Of a DNA stretch of 64,000 bases, positions 28,040-38,931 are shown piece by piece. A program made the translations under genes and the position numbers. The notes under the pieces are model-generated. The model worked only from the letters and a program-made list of their open reading frames with translations. It did not search any database and had not been told where the DNA came from. Source of the stretch: an uncultured bacterium (GTDB taxonomy: Bacteria; Edwardsbacteria; AC1; EtOH8); the NCBI GenBank assembly GCA_963780225.1, contig CAWAAX010000026.1, forward strand, positions 128,001 through 192,000. Reading direction: 5' to 3'. Within the stretch, counting starts at the first letter, position 1. Each line of letters starts with the position of its first letter.

Positions 28040-28612
28040 ATGGACACAGTAAATATACTTATCTGCGGAGTGGGCGGCCAGGGAGTGCTTTTGGCCGGGG
28101 ACATCATCGCCGAGGCGGCCATCGCTAGCGGCTTTGACGCCAAGAAGAGCGAGGTCCACGGGATGGCCCAGCGGGGCGGCAGCGTGGTCAGCCATGTCCG
28201 CTACGGGCAGAAGGTCAACTCGCCCCTGATCCAGCAGGGCACGGCCGATGTCATCCTGTCGTTCGAGGAGATGGAGACCGCCCGGTACCTGGACTTCTTA
28301 AAGTCAGGCGGAACGGCGGTGATAAACCGCCAGCAGGTGATGCCCATGACCGTGGCCACCGGGGCCGCCGAGTACCCCCAGGACATAGTGGAGCAGATCA
28401 AGAAACAGGGGGTGAAGGTGGTGGTCTGCGACGGGGTGAAGCTGGCCGAGCAGTCCGGAAGCGCCAAGACCATCAACATCGTGCTGCTGGGGGCTCTGTC
28501 AAAGCATCTCAATCTTCCGGCCGAAAAGTGGATCGAGACCATAGCCGGCCGGGTGCCGCCCAAGACGGTGGAGATGAACAAGAAGGCCTTTGAACTTGGG
28601 CAAAAAGGGTGA
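28040..28612 (+). CDS. iorB: Indolepyruvate:ferredoxin oxidoreductase beta subunit
   Basis: GVGGQG, SEVHGMAQRGGSVVSHVRYG, NKKAFELG. Confidence 0.94.
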   Translation: MDTVNILICGVGGQGVLLAGDIIAEAAIASGFDAKKSEVHGMAQRGGSVVSHVRYGQKVNSPLIQQGTADVILSFEEMETARYLDFLKSGGTAVINRQQVMPMTVATGAAEYPQDIVEQIKKQGVKVVVCDGVKLAEQSGSAKTINIVLLGALSKHLNLPAEKWIETIAGRVPPKTVEMNKKAFELGQKG

Positions 28613-28722
28613 AGAATACCATGCCACGAAGACACAAAGACACTAACGGGTATTTAATGAATGAATAGTTGTATATCGTATTTTGTGACTTGGTGTCTTT
28701 GTGGCAAAAATATAGGTAACTC

Positions 28723-29487
28723 ATGACTGAAAATACGAACCTACCGCCTTACGGGCAGATAGCTCCCATCTACGACATCCTGATGTCGGACGTGGACTAT
28801 AAGTCCTGGGCGGAGTACATCCTGAAACTGTTGGAAAGGGCCGGAGCCAAGCCCGGTCAGAGCCTTTTGGACCTGGCCTGCGGCACCGGGGCCATGACCC
28901 TGCTTTTGGCACAGGCCGGCTATAAAGCCACGGGAATGGACCTTTCGCCGGAGATGTTGCAGGTTGCCCGGCAGAAAACAGCAGATCAGGGCTTGGCGAT
29001 GGAATTCTTTCAGGGGGACATTCGGAACTTTAAAACCGGATGTAATTACAATGTAATTACCTGTTTTTTTGACAGCATCAATTATCTTTTAACCCCGGAG
29101 GACGTGGCCGCCTGCTTTGCCTCGGTCCACCAAGCACTGGAGCCGGGCGGGGTCTTCGTCTTTGACGTCAATACCATCCATGCCCTGTCGCATTTTTGGG
29201 GCGATAACACTGAAATGCGGAATGACAAGGGAGTGATATCTGTTTGGAGCAACCGGTACCTGCCGGCTGCGCAGACCTCGAATCTGGAGTTGACGGTCTT
29301 CATTCCTCGGGGAGAGCTTTATGAGAAAATCACAGAGCACCACCAGGAGCGGGCCTACCCGTTGGATGAATTGAAACAGGCTTTGAACAAAACCGGGTTT
29401 TTTCTAGTGGAATGCTTCCGTCAGAACAGTCAGGACCAGCCGTCAGAGGAAACCAAAAGGGTGACCTTCCTGGCCAGTAAACCTTAA
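28723..29487 (+). CDS. Class I SAM-dependent methyltransferase
   Basis: LDLACGTG, GMDLSPEML, FDSINYL, LEPGGVFVFD. Confidence 0.88.
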   Translation: MTENTNLPPYGQIAPIYDILMSDVDYKSWAEYILKLLERAGAKPGQSLLDLACGTGAMTLLLAQAGYKATGMDLSPEMLQVARQKTADQGLAMEFFQGDIRNFKTGCNYNVITCFFDSINYLLTPEDVAACFASVHQALEPGGVFVFDVNTIHALSHFWGDNTEMRNDKGVISVWSNRYLPAAQTSNLELTVFIPRGELYEKITEHHQERAYPLDELKQALNKTGFFLVECFRQNSQDQPSEETKRVTFLASKP

Positions 29488-29503
29488 ACTGAATGTCAGA
29501 AAA

Positions 29504-30766
29504 ATGAAATTCATAGCCGACCTCCACATCCACTCCAAGTTCAGCCGGGCCACCAGCCGGGACATGGACCTGGAGCACATCTGCGAGTGGGCCAAGTTCA
29601 AGGGCATAGAACTGCTGGGCACCGGGGACTTCACCCATCCCGGCTGGCTGAAGGAACTGCGCTTTAAGCTGGAGCCCAAAGGCGGCGGGATATACCATTA
29701 CCGGGGGGTCAACTTCATCTTCTCGGCCGAGGTCTGCAGCATCTTCACCAAGGACGACAAGGTGCGCAAGGTCCACACTCTGCTGTATGCTCCGTCGCTG
29801 GAGGCGGCCGAGGAGATCAACGCCCGGCTTAAGGTCCACGCCGACCTGACCAGCGACGGCCGGCCCATTGTGCCGGTCTACGCCTCGCGGATGGCCGAGA
29901 TGGTCCTGGAAGCCTCCCCGGAAGCCATGGTCATACCGGCCCACATCTGGACGCCGCATTTCTCGCTGTTCGGGGCCAACTCAGGTTTCGACTCCATCGA
30001 GGACTGCTTTGAGGAACAGACCCCCAACATCTTTGCCATGGAGACCGGGCTGTCCTCGGACCCGGCCATGAACTGGCGGCTGTCCGCCCTGGACAAGTAT
30101 TCCCTGATCTCCTGTTCCGACGCCCACAGCCCGTCCCGGCTGGGACGCGAGGCCTGCGTCTTTGACTGCCAGATGGACTACGCTACGATCCGCCGGGTCT
30201 TGAAGGACAAGGATAAAGCCCGCTTTTTGCAGACCCTGGAATATTTCCCCCAGGAGGGCAAGTACCATTACGATGGACACCGGACGTGTAATATCAGGCT
30301 TTCGCCGGCCGAGGCCAAAAAACACAAGGGGCTTTGCCCGGTCTGCGGCAAGAAGATCACGGTCGGCGTCCTGCACCGGGTGGAGGACCTGTCTGACCGG
30401 CCCCAAGGCTATGCGCCGGAGAATGCCATTCCCTTCAAATCGCTGGTTCCGCTGGAGGAGATCCTGAGCCTGGCCCTGAAGGTCGGCACCGGCACCCAGA
30501 AGGTAAATCAGGAATACCACAAGCTGATCTCGCATTTCGGCAGTGAGTTCAACGTCCTGCTGGAAGCCCCGGCCGGAGAGCTGACCCGGGTCACATCTCT
30601 TTCGGTGGCCGAATCGATCTTGAAAATGCGGGCGGGGAAGGTTCACATCCTGCCGGGATATGACGGGGAGTTTGGAACGATAAGCTTCGATGAGGGCAAA
30701 AACGAAAAGAAAGAGGAAGAGAAGCCGGCCAAGGGTAAGGGGAAAAAACAGATGGAGATGTTCTAA
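29504..30766 (+). CDS. Endonuclease Q family protein (PHP domain with zinc finger)
   Basis: DLHIHSKFSRATS, GTGDFTHP, AHIWTP, ETGLSSDP, SDAHS, GKYHYDGHR.C, CPVCG, PGYDGEFG. Confidence 0.88.
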   Translation: MKFIADLHIHSKFSRATSRDMDLEHICEWAKFKGIELLGTGDFTHPGWLKELRFKLEPKGGGIYHYRGVNFIFSAEVCSIFTKDDKVRKVHTLLYAPSLEAAEEINARLKVHADLTSDGRPIVPVYASRMAEMVLEASPEAMVIPAHIWTPHFSLFGANSGFDSIEDCFEEQTPNIFAMETGLSSDPAMNWRLSALDKYSLISCSDAHSPSRLGREACVFDCQMDYATIRRVLKDKDKARFLQTLEYFPQEGKYHYDGHRTCNIRLSPAEAKKHKGLCPVCGKKITVGVLHRVEDLSDRPQGYAPENAIPFKSLVPLEEILSLALKVGTGTQKVNQEYHKLISHFGSEFNVLLEAPAGELTRVTSLSVAESILKMRAGKVHILPGYDGEFGTISFDEGKNEKKEEEKPAKGKGKKQMEMF

Positions 30767-30773
30767 AAGCAGA

Positions 30774-31580
30774 ATGCAGAAAACGAATATAAAATACCCG
30801 GTCAAGGACTGGGTCTTCTTTGACATCGGGAACGTGATCTTTTATGACCTGCCGCTGTTGGCCAGGATATGGAGCAACTTTTATCTGACCCTGAAGGAAG
30901 CCGGATGGCAGGCATCATTTGAACAAGTGATGGAATACCGGGAACAGATCTTAATGGTGGATTCTATCGGCAGGACAACGCCCATGCGTTTGATAGCCCA
31001 ACGATACGCCCCCGGCATTCCCGAAAGCATCCGGCAAAAGGCGGTGGAAGGCTGGGATCACCTGTATCCCGGCGCCAACCACCCGCTTCCCGGCATAGCT
31101 GCGATCATAGAACAGTTGCGCGGCTCTTACCGGCTGGGCATCATAGCCAACCAGCCGGGCCTGGCCCTGGACGAACTGGAGAAGCACGACCTGAAGCACC
31201 TGTTCGACCGCATAATCATCAGCGACCTGGTGGGCTACCACAAGCCGGATGTCAGAATATTCGAGGAGGCCTTAAGGCAGACCGGGGCCGAGCCCAAAAA
31301 CTCGATCATGGTGGGCGACCGGATAGACAACGACATCCGCCCGGCCAAAATGCTGGGAATGAAGACGGTCTGGCTGGACCAGGATTTCAGGACCATTTCC
31401 TATGCGCCCAAGGATGATCACGAGAGGCTGTACACCCAGAGCTATATAAAGATCACCGGGATAGATCAGGGGATAAAAGGCCCGCAGGACCGGCCGGATG
31501 AGATCATTCAGACCATAGATCAGTTGCCGGCGGCATTGAGCCGGATCAGCGCCGGGATAAAGGCAAATGATCGCAGTTAG
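30774..31580 (+). CDS. HAD-superfamily hydrolase
   Basis: FFDIGNV, KPDVRIF, MVGDRIDNDI. Confidence 0.85.
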   Translation: MQKTNIKYPVKDWVFFDIGNVIFYDLPLLARIWSNFYLTLKEAGWQASFEQVMEYREQILMVDSIGRTTPMRLIAQRYAPGIPESIRQKAVEGWDHLYPGANHPLPGIAAIIEQLRGSYRLGIIANQPGLALDELEKHDLKHLFDRIIISDLVGYHKPDVRIFEEALRQTGAEPKNSIMVGDRIDNDIRPAKMLGMKTVWLDQDFRTISYAPKDDHERLYTQSYIKITGIDQGIKGPQDRPDEIIQTIDQLPAALSRISAGIKANDRS

Positions 31581-31963
31581 ATTGTGAGCGGGACCTACAT
31601 TATTCCGAAGTTGTATCTATTAAACACTTTTATCATACTTTCTTATGACTAAGAAAGTATGCAAAGAAGTCTTTTCCGCCGAAGTTCCGCGGAAAGCAAG
31701 GCTTACGCCCCGGCAGTCATTGGACCAGAACGTGCGGAAAGCCAATAACGCAATGCCTGCTTTTTCGGGGCTGAAGTCAAGCCGCTCCACTTAAAGGCGG
31801 GGCACCGACCCCACCCTTATTCCCTCCCCGCAACGGGGAGGGAAGCCGTCAGGCAGGGAGAGGTCCAGTTAGCATTAGTGTGACTACTTGGCCAAAGCTG
31901 TTGTTTTACCGAGGAATAGTTTTTACCATTACCGGGCAACAATTTGTATATGGAGACGAAGAC

Positions 31964-32467
31964 ATGAAAAGGATCTGGGCCCCCTGGAGGATGAAGTACA
32001 TCAGCGGCCAAAGCGAAAAGGATGAGCCGGGTTGCATCTTCTGCCTGAAGCCCAAACAGAAGAAGGACCAGGCCAATTACATCCTGCACCGGGGCAAAAA
32101 GGCCTTTGTGATGATGAACCTTTATCCCTATACCAACGGCCATCTGATGATCGCGCCCTACCGGCATGTCGGCGATTTTACAAAATTGACCGAGTCCGAA
32201 CTGCTGGAGATGATGAAGCTGTCGCAGCTCTGCCAGAAGATAATGCAAAAGACCATGCGGCCGGAAGGGTTCAACCTGGGTTTCAACCTGGGGAGGACGG
32301 CCGGGGCCGGGATCGCGGACCATGTCCACCTGCACTTAGTGCCGCGCTGGAACGGGGACACCAACTTCATGCCGGTGATCTCAGGCGCCAAGATCATCTC
32401 CGAGGGGCTGGAGGAGACATATGCCAAGCTGGAAGATGCTCTGGATAAAATTATGGGACACGGATAA
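31964..32467 (+). CDS. HIT-family protein (Ap4A phosphorylase-like)
   Basis: WAPWRMKYI, CIFC, NLYPY..GH, HVHLHLVPRW.GDTNFM; GGAG RBS. Confidence 0.9.
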   Translation: MKRIWAPWRMKYISGQSEKDEPGCIFCLKPKQKKDQANYILHRGKKAFVMMNLYPYTNGHLMIAPYRHVGDFTKLTESELLEMMKLSQLCQKIMQKTMRPEGFNLGFNLGRTAGAGIADHVHLHLVPRWNGDTNFMPVISGAKIISEGLEETYAKLEDALDKIMGHG

Positions 32468-32526
32468 ACACGGATTTCATTTTGCAACGGTTCAAAACAA
32501 AAAGATATTACCTGTAAAAAGATGAA

Positions 32527-32957
32527 ATGAAAAACCTGTCAATATCCTTATTGCTGTTATCCTCTCGTTGGCCGGGTGCCGGGAGCAGCCCCAGTGGATG
32601 AAGATCCTCCAAGCCGGGGACAGGTCCATGGTATCCTATCACCAGCCTGCGGTCCAGTTTTCAACGGCCAAACCGGACAAAGAGCAATCCCGGCTGATCG
32701 AGCAGGCAAAAAGATATTTTGCCGGGCATCCCGGACTGCTGGCCGAGATCGCTTCCGGGCTTAAGCGCCGGGAAAGGGACATCATAGATGATCTGGAGCC
32801 GGGAGCGGTCCTGGCCGATGATCAGGGAAACCTGGCCATAACTTATTTCGGCCGGTATGAAAGCCCCCAGATCATGGCCGGGGTGAGGGTGCTGTTTCTG
32901 TTTAACCGGGAAAAAGATCTATCCAAAATATTCGTTTACGAAGTGCCGTTGGAATGA
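32527..32957 (+). CDS. Hypothetical lipoprotein (apparent 1-nt deletion in the A-run right after ATG)
   Basis: Adding one A to ATGAAAAA (32527) yields MKKPVNILIAVILSLAGC, a lipobox signal in frame with ORF 32568-32957. Confidence 0.6.
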
Positions 32958-34019
32958 AGACGCCAGAGAACAAGACAGTGGCGGTGGCCATGTCCGGCGG
33001 GGTGGACAGCAGCCTGGCGGCGGCCCTGCTGACAAAGAAGGGGTACCGGGTGATTGGCCTGACCATGCGCCTGTTCTGCTATGAGGGAATAGACAACGAG
33101 AAGAACTGCTGTTCCTTAAAGTCCATCGAGGCAGCCAGGCAGGCTGCCCAGCGTTTCGGCTTCCCCCATTACGTGGTGGACTGCGAACCGGAGTTCAAGT
33201 TTTCGGTCATCGATTATTTTGTGGAACAGTACCGGCAGGGCCGGACCCCCAATCCCTGCGTGGCCTGCAACCAGAAGATCAAATTCGGCCTGCTGCTGAA
33301 CAAGGCCAAAGGTTTGGGCTGCGATCTGCTGGCCACCGGGCATTACGCCAGGATCAGATCCGTCAAGGGACAGCCAGTGCTGGCCCGGGGAAAGGACGCC
33401 AAAAAGGACCAGTCGTATTTCCTGTGGACCCTTAACCGGCAACAGCTGGGCTCGGTCATTTTCCCTCTGGGCGGGCTGGACAAACAGAAGGTCCGGGAAC
33501 TGGCCGCAGGCTACGGCCTGGAGTCGGCCAAACGGCCGGAGAGCCAGGAGATCTGCTTCATTCCCGAGGGCAAATACTCCGAATTCATGAAAAAGGCGAT
33601 CGGCTCCCGTCCCGGCACGATAGTCAACAAGCAGGGGCAGGTCTTGGGACAGCACCAGGGCATAGCCAACTACACCATAGGCCAGCGGGGAGGCTTAGGT
33701 ATAGCCTTGGGAAGGCCCCAGTATGTGGTCTCGATAGACGCCGCCCAGAACAGGATCACTGGTGGGCGAGGATGCGGAACTGATGACCGGCAGATTATTG
33801 GCTTCGGATGTAAACTGGATAGTTCCCAAGCCCCAAAGGGCCGTCAAGGCGATGGTCAAGATCCGTCACCAGCACGCAGGAGCTGAGGCTGTGGTAAACC
33901 CGCTGGACGGCAAGATGACCGAAGTGATTTTCAAAAGCCCGCAGAGGGCCGTCACGCCGGGGCAGTCAGTGGTGTTCTACAAAGGAGACCTGGTGCTGGG
34001 CGGGGGAGTGATAGAGTAA
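32954..34019 (+). CDS. mnmA: tRNA 2-thiouridine synthase MnmA (frameshift near 33761)
   Basis: AMSGGVDSS, TPNPC, ATGHY, KDQSYFL, SQEICF, TIGQR; C-terminal QRAVTPGQSVVFY lies in ORF 33762-34019. Confidence 0.92.
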
Positions 34020-34049
34020 AGAACATCCAGCGGCACTAAAAGGAGAGTT

Positions 34050-35087
34050 ATGTTCAAACCAAAATATTTCTATACCGATAGTATCGTCAACTCTCTAACC
34101 TTGATCGCCGAGGCCCGGGCGATCATTTTGAATGCTCCCCTGGTGCCCAAGTGGGAAGTGTCATTGCGCCGGGATGCTCTGATCCACAGCGCCCATGCCT
34201 CCACCGCCATCGAGGGCAATCAACTGACCTTGGAAGAGGTCAGCGCCCTGGCCCAGGGCCGGGACATCATGGTAAAGCGAAAAGACAAGCAGGAAGTGAT
34301 AAATTACCTGAAGGCTTTGGAAGAGATTCCCAGGAATTCCCAAAAGACCGCCCTGGGCCTTCCCGGCCTTCTAAAAATGCACAAAACGGTCACTGCCGGG
34401 ACATTGGATGACCCCAAGGACGAAGGCGCGTTCAGAACCTGCCGGGTGGCGGTGGTGAACAAGGCCACCGGCCAGATCGTTTTCGAGCCCCCGGCGGTTA
34501 AAATGGTAAAGCCCTTGGCGGTAGATCTCTTAAAGTGGTTTGGTTCGCCTGTGGCCCTAAAAATAGACCCGGTGCTGCAAGCCGGCATAGCCCATTACGA
34601 GTTGGTGAGGATCCATCCCTTTGTTGACGGCAACGGCCGCACCGCCAGGGTTTTGGCTTCGCTGGCGCTCTACAAACGGGGCTTTGACGTTAAACGGTTC
34701 TTTGCCCTGGACGATTACTACGACCACGACCGTCCGGCCTATTACCGCGCCCTAAAAAGCGTGGACAAGAATACTCTGGACCTTACCGGTTGGCTGGAGT
34801 ACTTTACCGGCGGCGTGGCGGTCAGCATCAAAGCGGTCAAAGATAAGGTAATTGGGCTAAGCCGGGATGTGAAAATCCTTAAAGACAAGGGCCAGGTTGC
34901 CCTAAGCGCCCGGCAGATGAAAATCGTGGAGCATGTTTTGGGAAAAGGGCAGATTACCAACCGGGAATTGCGCGCGATGCTGAACATATCAGACCGGGCG
35001 ACATTGGATGAACTGCGAAAACTGGCAGCGATAGGCGTGATAAAACCGCAGGGTAAGGGGCGCAGCCTACGATATGTTCTGGCTTAA
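34050..35087 (+). CDS. Fic-family protein with C-terminal winged HTH
   Basis: STAIEGN; canonical HPFVDGNGRTAR; C-terminal ITNRE...G.GRSLRY. Confidence 0.92.
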   Translation: MFKPKYFYTDSIVNSLTLIAEARAIILNAPLVPKWEVSLRRDALIHSAHASTAIEGNQLTLEEVSALAQGRDIMVKRKDKQEVINYLKALEEIPRNSQKTALGLPGLLKMHKTVTAGTLDDPKDEGAFRTCRVAVVNKATGQIVFEPPAVKMVKPLAVDLLKWFGSPVALKIDPVLQAGIAHYELVRIHPFVDGNGRTARVLASLALYKRGFDVKRFFALDDYYDHDRPAYYRALKSVDKNTLDLTGWLEYFTGGVAVSIKAVKDKVIGLSRDVKILKDKGQVALSARQMKIVEHVLGKGQITNRELRAMLNISDRATLDELRKLAAIGVIKPQGKGRSLRYVLA

Positions 35088-35089
35088 GA

Positions 35090-35124
35090 CTTCGGGATTA
35101 GCTTCGGGATTAGCTTCGGGATTA
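35090..35124. repeat. 12-bp tandem repeat x3 immediately after the fic stop codon
   Basis: CTTCGGGATTAG CTTCGGGATTAG CTTCGGGATTA. Confidence 0.9.
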
Positions 35125-35190
35125 ATTTTCAGGCTTTAGCCAACAAAAAACAATCAAAACCACATAATCCCTGGAAATCGGAGAAATAAA

Positions 35191-37735
35191 ATGCCCAAAT
35201 TCTTAAAAGTCATCCTGATCATCACGGCCGTGCTGGTGGTCGTCTTCGTGGCCGCCGGGATAACCCTTAAAATGATCTTCACCCCGGAAAAACTGCGGAT
35301 CCTGATCATGCCCAAGATAGAGGAGGCGGTGGGGCGCAAGGTCACGGTCAATAAATTCTCGCTGAAGGTCTGGACCGGGCTGGGGGTGGAACTGGAGGGC
35401 ATTGAACTGGCCAACGCCAAGAGCTTCGCCGAAAAACCGATGGTGAAGGTGGAATCGATCGTGCTTAAGGTCAACCTGCTGGGCCTGCTGAAACGGCAGC
35501 TGGTGATCTCCAGCCTGGTGGTGGACAAGCCCGAGATAATGATAGAGAAGGACATCAAGGGCGTCTTCAACTTCGACGACCTGATCAAGCCGGTGCCGGC
35601 CGGCCAGAAGACGGCCCCGCCGCCCTCGTCCTCGCCGGTGTCGCTGGCCATGCAGTCCTTTAGGATCAAAGACGGCCGGTTCGAGTTGGATGACAAACAG
35701 GGCAAGGTCAAGGCCGTGGCCTCCGGTATCAACGAGGAGCTGAGCTTGTCGGCCGACCTGAAGCTGGAGAACATCCGGACCAAGGGGACCATCAAGGTGG
35801 CCGACATCACGGCCGAGGTGCCGGGCCTCAAGGTCAGCAAGATCTACGTCAACGTCAGCCACGACATCTCGGTCAACCTGCCCGGGAAGCTCATCACCAT
35901 CAACGACATCACCGTGGCCCCGCAGGGCCTGGCCCTGTCGCTGGGCGGCACCGTGGCCAACTTCGACAGCCTGCCGGTGCTGGACCTGGCGCTTAAGACC
36001 ACCGCCATCGAGATCAAACAGATCATCAACGCCCTGCCGCCGGAGATCAAGGCCCAGGCCAAGGACGTCACCGCCACCGGGAAGATAGAGCTGGGCTTGA
36101 AGATCACCGGGCAGATAGATCCCAAGGACCCAAAATCCCTGCCCAAGGTCGACGGCTCGGTGGTTCTTAAGAACATCGGTATCAAGTACGCCATGCTGCC
36201 CAAGTCGGTCTCCGACGTCAACGGCCAGATCGCCTTCAGCGAGAAGGACCTGAACATCAAAAACATCTCGGCCAAGCTGGGCACGGCCGGATTCGCCCTT
36301 TCCTGCCTGGTGCAGGATTTTGAGAACCCCTATGTCAAGGCCGCCTTCAAGGGCAATTTTGACCTGGGCGAGGTCAAGGACTACGTGCCGCTGGAGGCCG
36401 GGATGAGCATGTCGGGAAAGATCGACGCCGATTTCAAGGCCGAGGGAAAGGTCAGGGATGTCAACAGCTTTAAGATGGACGGCCGGATAGATCTTAAAAG
36501 CCTGAACTTCGCCACCGCGGCCCTGCTGAAGCCGGTCAGCGACATGAACGGCACGGTGCAGTTGACCAAGAACCTGATCAACATCCCGGACATCTCCTGC
36601 AAGATCGGAAAGTCCTCCATGTCCTTCACCGCGCAGGTCAAGAATTTCTTAAGCCTGGTGCCGGAACAGCCGGCCCCCAAAAAAGGCCAGGCCCCGGCGA
36701 TGGCATTGCCCAAATCCGCCAAGGCGGACAAGGCGGTGATCACCTTCGCTCTGAATTCTCCGTTGCTAGACCTGGATGAGATCCTGCCGCCGCTACCGAA
36801 GACCCGGCGAAAAATCCACAAACACCAAATCCCAAACACCGCCCCCGCAGATGCTGCCCCTGCCAGACATGCTGATGGACGGCAAGGTGCGGATAGCCAA
36901 GATCAAGTTTCTGAAGATGGACTTCGACAACCTGACCGGCACACTGACCATGGCCAATCGCAAGCTTAACCTGGACGGACAGGTCAACGTTTATTCCGGC
37001 AGGGTGCTGGGTTCGGTCTGGGCCGATCTCAACGACCTCACCAAGATCGAATACCGGCTGGGGGCCAATGCCGAAAAGCTGGAGGCCAACGACTTTTTGA
37101 CGGCCCTGACTCCCCTGGACAACCGGATGTACGCCAAGATGGACGTCAAGGGCGACTTTACCGGGCTGGCCCCGGACAGCGCCCTGATCATGAAGACACT
37201 GAAGGGCCAGGGCCGGGCCAGCACCGGCGAGGGCAAGATCACCAACTGGCCGATGCTGGGCGACATTCTCAGCTACTGCAAGCTGAGCGAGACCCGGGAG
37301 GTCGGCTTCCGCTCGCTTTCCATGGGTTTCCGGATCGCGGACGAGAAGATCTATTTAGACGACCTGCAGATGGCCAGCAAGTTCGGGGATGTGAACATCG
37401 CCGGTTATTCCAGCTTCCTGGGGTACGTGGATTACCGGGTATCCATAACATTGACCAAGGAGGAATCGGACAAGGTCAAGGGCAAGGGAGGCAACGTGGC
37501 CGCGCTCTTTACCAACAAGGAGGGCCGGGTGGTGCTGGACCTGCTGGTAAAGGGGCAGTCGCCCAAGCCGGGCATAGGGGTGGACACCCAGATGGCCCAG
37601 GCCAGGCTGAAAGGCAAGGCCCAGGAAGAGATCGACAAGGCCAAGCAGCAGGCCGCAGAAGCGGCCAAGAAACAGGCGGAGGAGCTGAAGAAGAAGGCGG
37701 CGGAAGAGGCCAAGAAGCTGTTCAAGTGGAAGTAG
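35191..37735 (+). CDS. AsmA-family protein (frameshift near 36805)
   Basis: N-terminal TM anchor, GRKV, GVFNFDDL, beta-rich repeats, LDLDE; continues in ORF 36776-37735. Confidence 0.8.
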
Positions 37736-37865
37736 GATATTGCTTATCCGCAGATTTCGCAGATTATCACAGATTGAAATTTCAGCTTGTGTGCCATGAA
37801 AATCCTCTACGTTAAGAGGGAATATCAGGGTAACGCAAATGTAGCAAATGATTCTTGTAAAAATA

Positions 37866-37892
37866 AAAGCCCGGCGTTAAGCCGGGCTTTTT
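37866..37892. terminator. Bidirectional intrinsic terminator
   Basis: AAAAGCCCGGC-GTTAA-GCCGGGCTTTT. Confidence 0.75.
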
Positions 37893-38144
37893 CATTTCCA
37901 AGAACCTGAAAGCATAATCTAGAGAGGAATAAATCCCAGCTGAAAGACAAAATGTAGACAAAAATCGTCGGGATTGTATGAACAAACATGAAACCGCTAC
38001 AACCACGTTACAGCAGGCTACTGTTATATGCGAATGCAAACATGGTGGGGAAAACTCGCAATCGTAATCATGTAAATCCTGTCTAAAGAAAACCCTAACT
38101 TTGCCAGGAACGAAAAATCGTCGGCGGGGTTCTCTTAACAAACA

Positions 38145-38220
38145 TGGTAGCGCTACGGGGAATCGAACCCCGGTTTGATGGCTGAGAACCATCCGTCCTA
38201 GGCCACTAGACGATAGCGCC
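38145..38220 (-). tRNA. tRNA-Glu (CTC)
   Basis: GGCGCTATCGTCTAGTGGCCTAGGACGGATGGTT-CTC-AGCCATCAAACCGGGGTTCGATTCCCCGTAGCGCTACCA; full cloverleaf with encoded CCA. Confidence 0.96.
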
Positions 38221-38233
38221 GTCTAAGACCTAT

Positions 38234-38262
38234 ATTTTATAACATTATGCCCCAAAAGTCAA
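38234..38262 (-). promoter_or_regulatory. Sigma70 promoter of tRNA-Glu
   Basis: Minus strand TTGACT-17 nt-TAAAAT. Confidence 0.65.
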
Positions 38263-38383
38263 GCCACTCTTTTGCCCTTGTATTTGCAGCCGTTTGGGTG
38301 TATAATTACCTTAAGACGGCGGCCATTCAACCAAGAAAAAGCCGCGAATGTCCATAATCCACAAATTAGGGAATACCCAAGAG

Positions 38384-38821
38384 ATGATGAAGACTTTTAA
38401 CCGGGACAGTAAATTCGGCAAGAAGCCTTTCGGCCGGCCGGACAGAAAAGGTCCCAGCGGAGGCGGCTTCAGCCGGCCTTCCGGCGGACGTCCCGCCTTT
38501 GACAAGCAGATGCACCCGGCGGTCTGCGACGAATGCGGCACCAACTGCGAAGTGCCCTTTAAGCCCACCGGGGGAAAGCCGATCTACTGCCGCGACTGCT
38601 TCCGCAAGATGGAAGGCCAGGAAGAACGGGCCCCCAGCCGCCCCGGCCAGTTCCGCCCGGGCAGGTTCTCCGGACCCTCCCGTCCCGACAGCTTCCGCCG
38701 GCCCGAAGCGGCCGCCGGAGCCAGCCCGGAGCAGTTCCGGAAAGAGCTGGACCAGATAAATGTCAAGCTGGACCAGATATTGAAGGCCCTGGAAGGCATT
38801 GAAGTAGAGGACGAGGAATAA
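38384..38821 (+). CDS. CxxC-x17-CxxC domain protein
   Basis: MHPAVCDECG..CEVPFKPTGGKPIYCRDCF flanked by G/R-rich tracts; C-terminal coiled segment. Confidence 0.85.
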   Translation: MMKTFNRDSKFGKKPFGRPDRKGPSGGGFSRPSGGRPAFDKQMHPAVCDECGTNCEVPFKPTGGKPIYCRDCFRKMEGQEERAPSRPGQFRPGRFSGPSRPDSFRRPEAAAGASPEQFRKELDQINVKLDQILKALEGIEVEDEE

Positions 38822-38931
38822 ACGAACCCTGGAAAAAGCGACCGCGGCGAAAGCCACGGCCGCTTTTTGCTTGTCGCTTTAACTTGTATGGAACTGCTAT
38901 CATATAACCTTAACTTTGTGGAGAACATATC

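Noticed and set aside
33755..33770. Programmed ribosomal frameshifting in mnmA and the other split genes
   Set aside because: No slippery heptamer or stimulatory structure; several unrelated genes are affected, which favours sequencing error.
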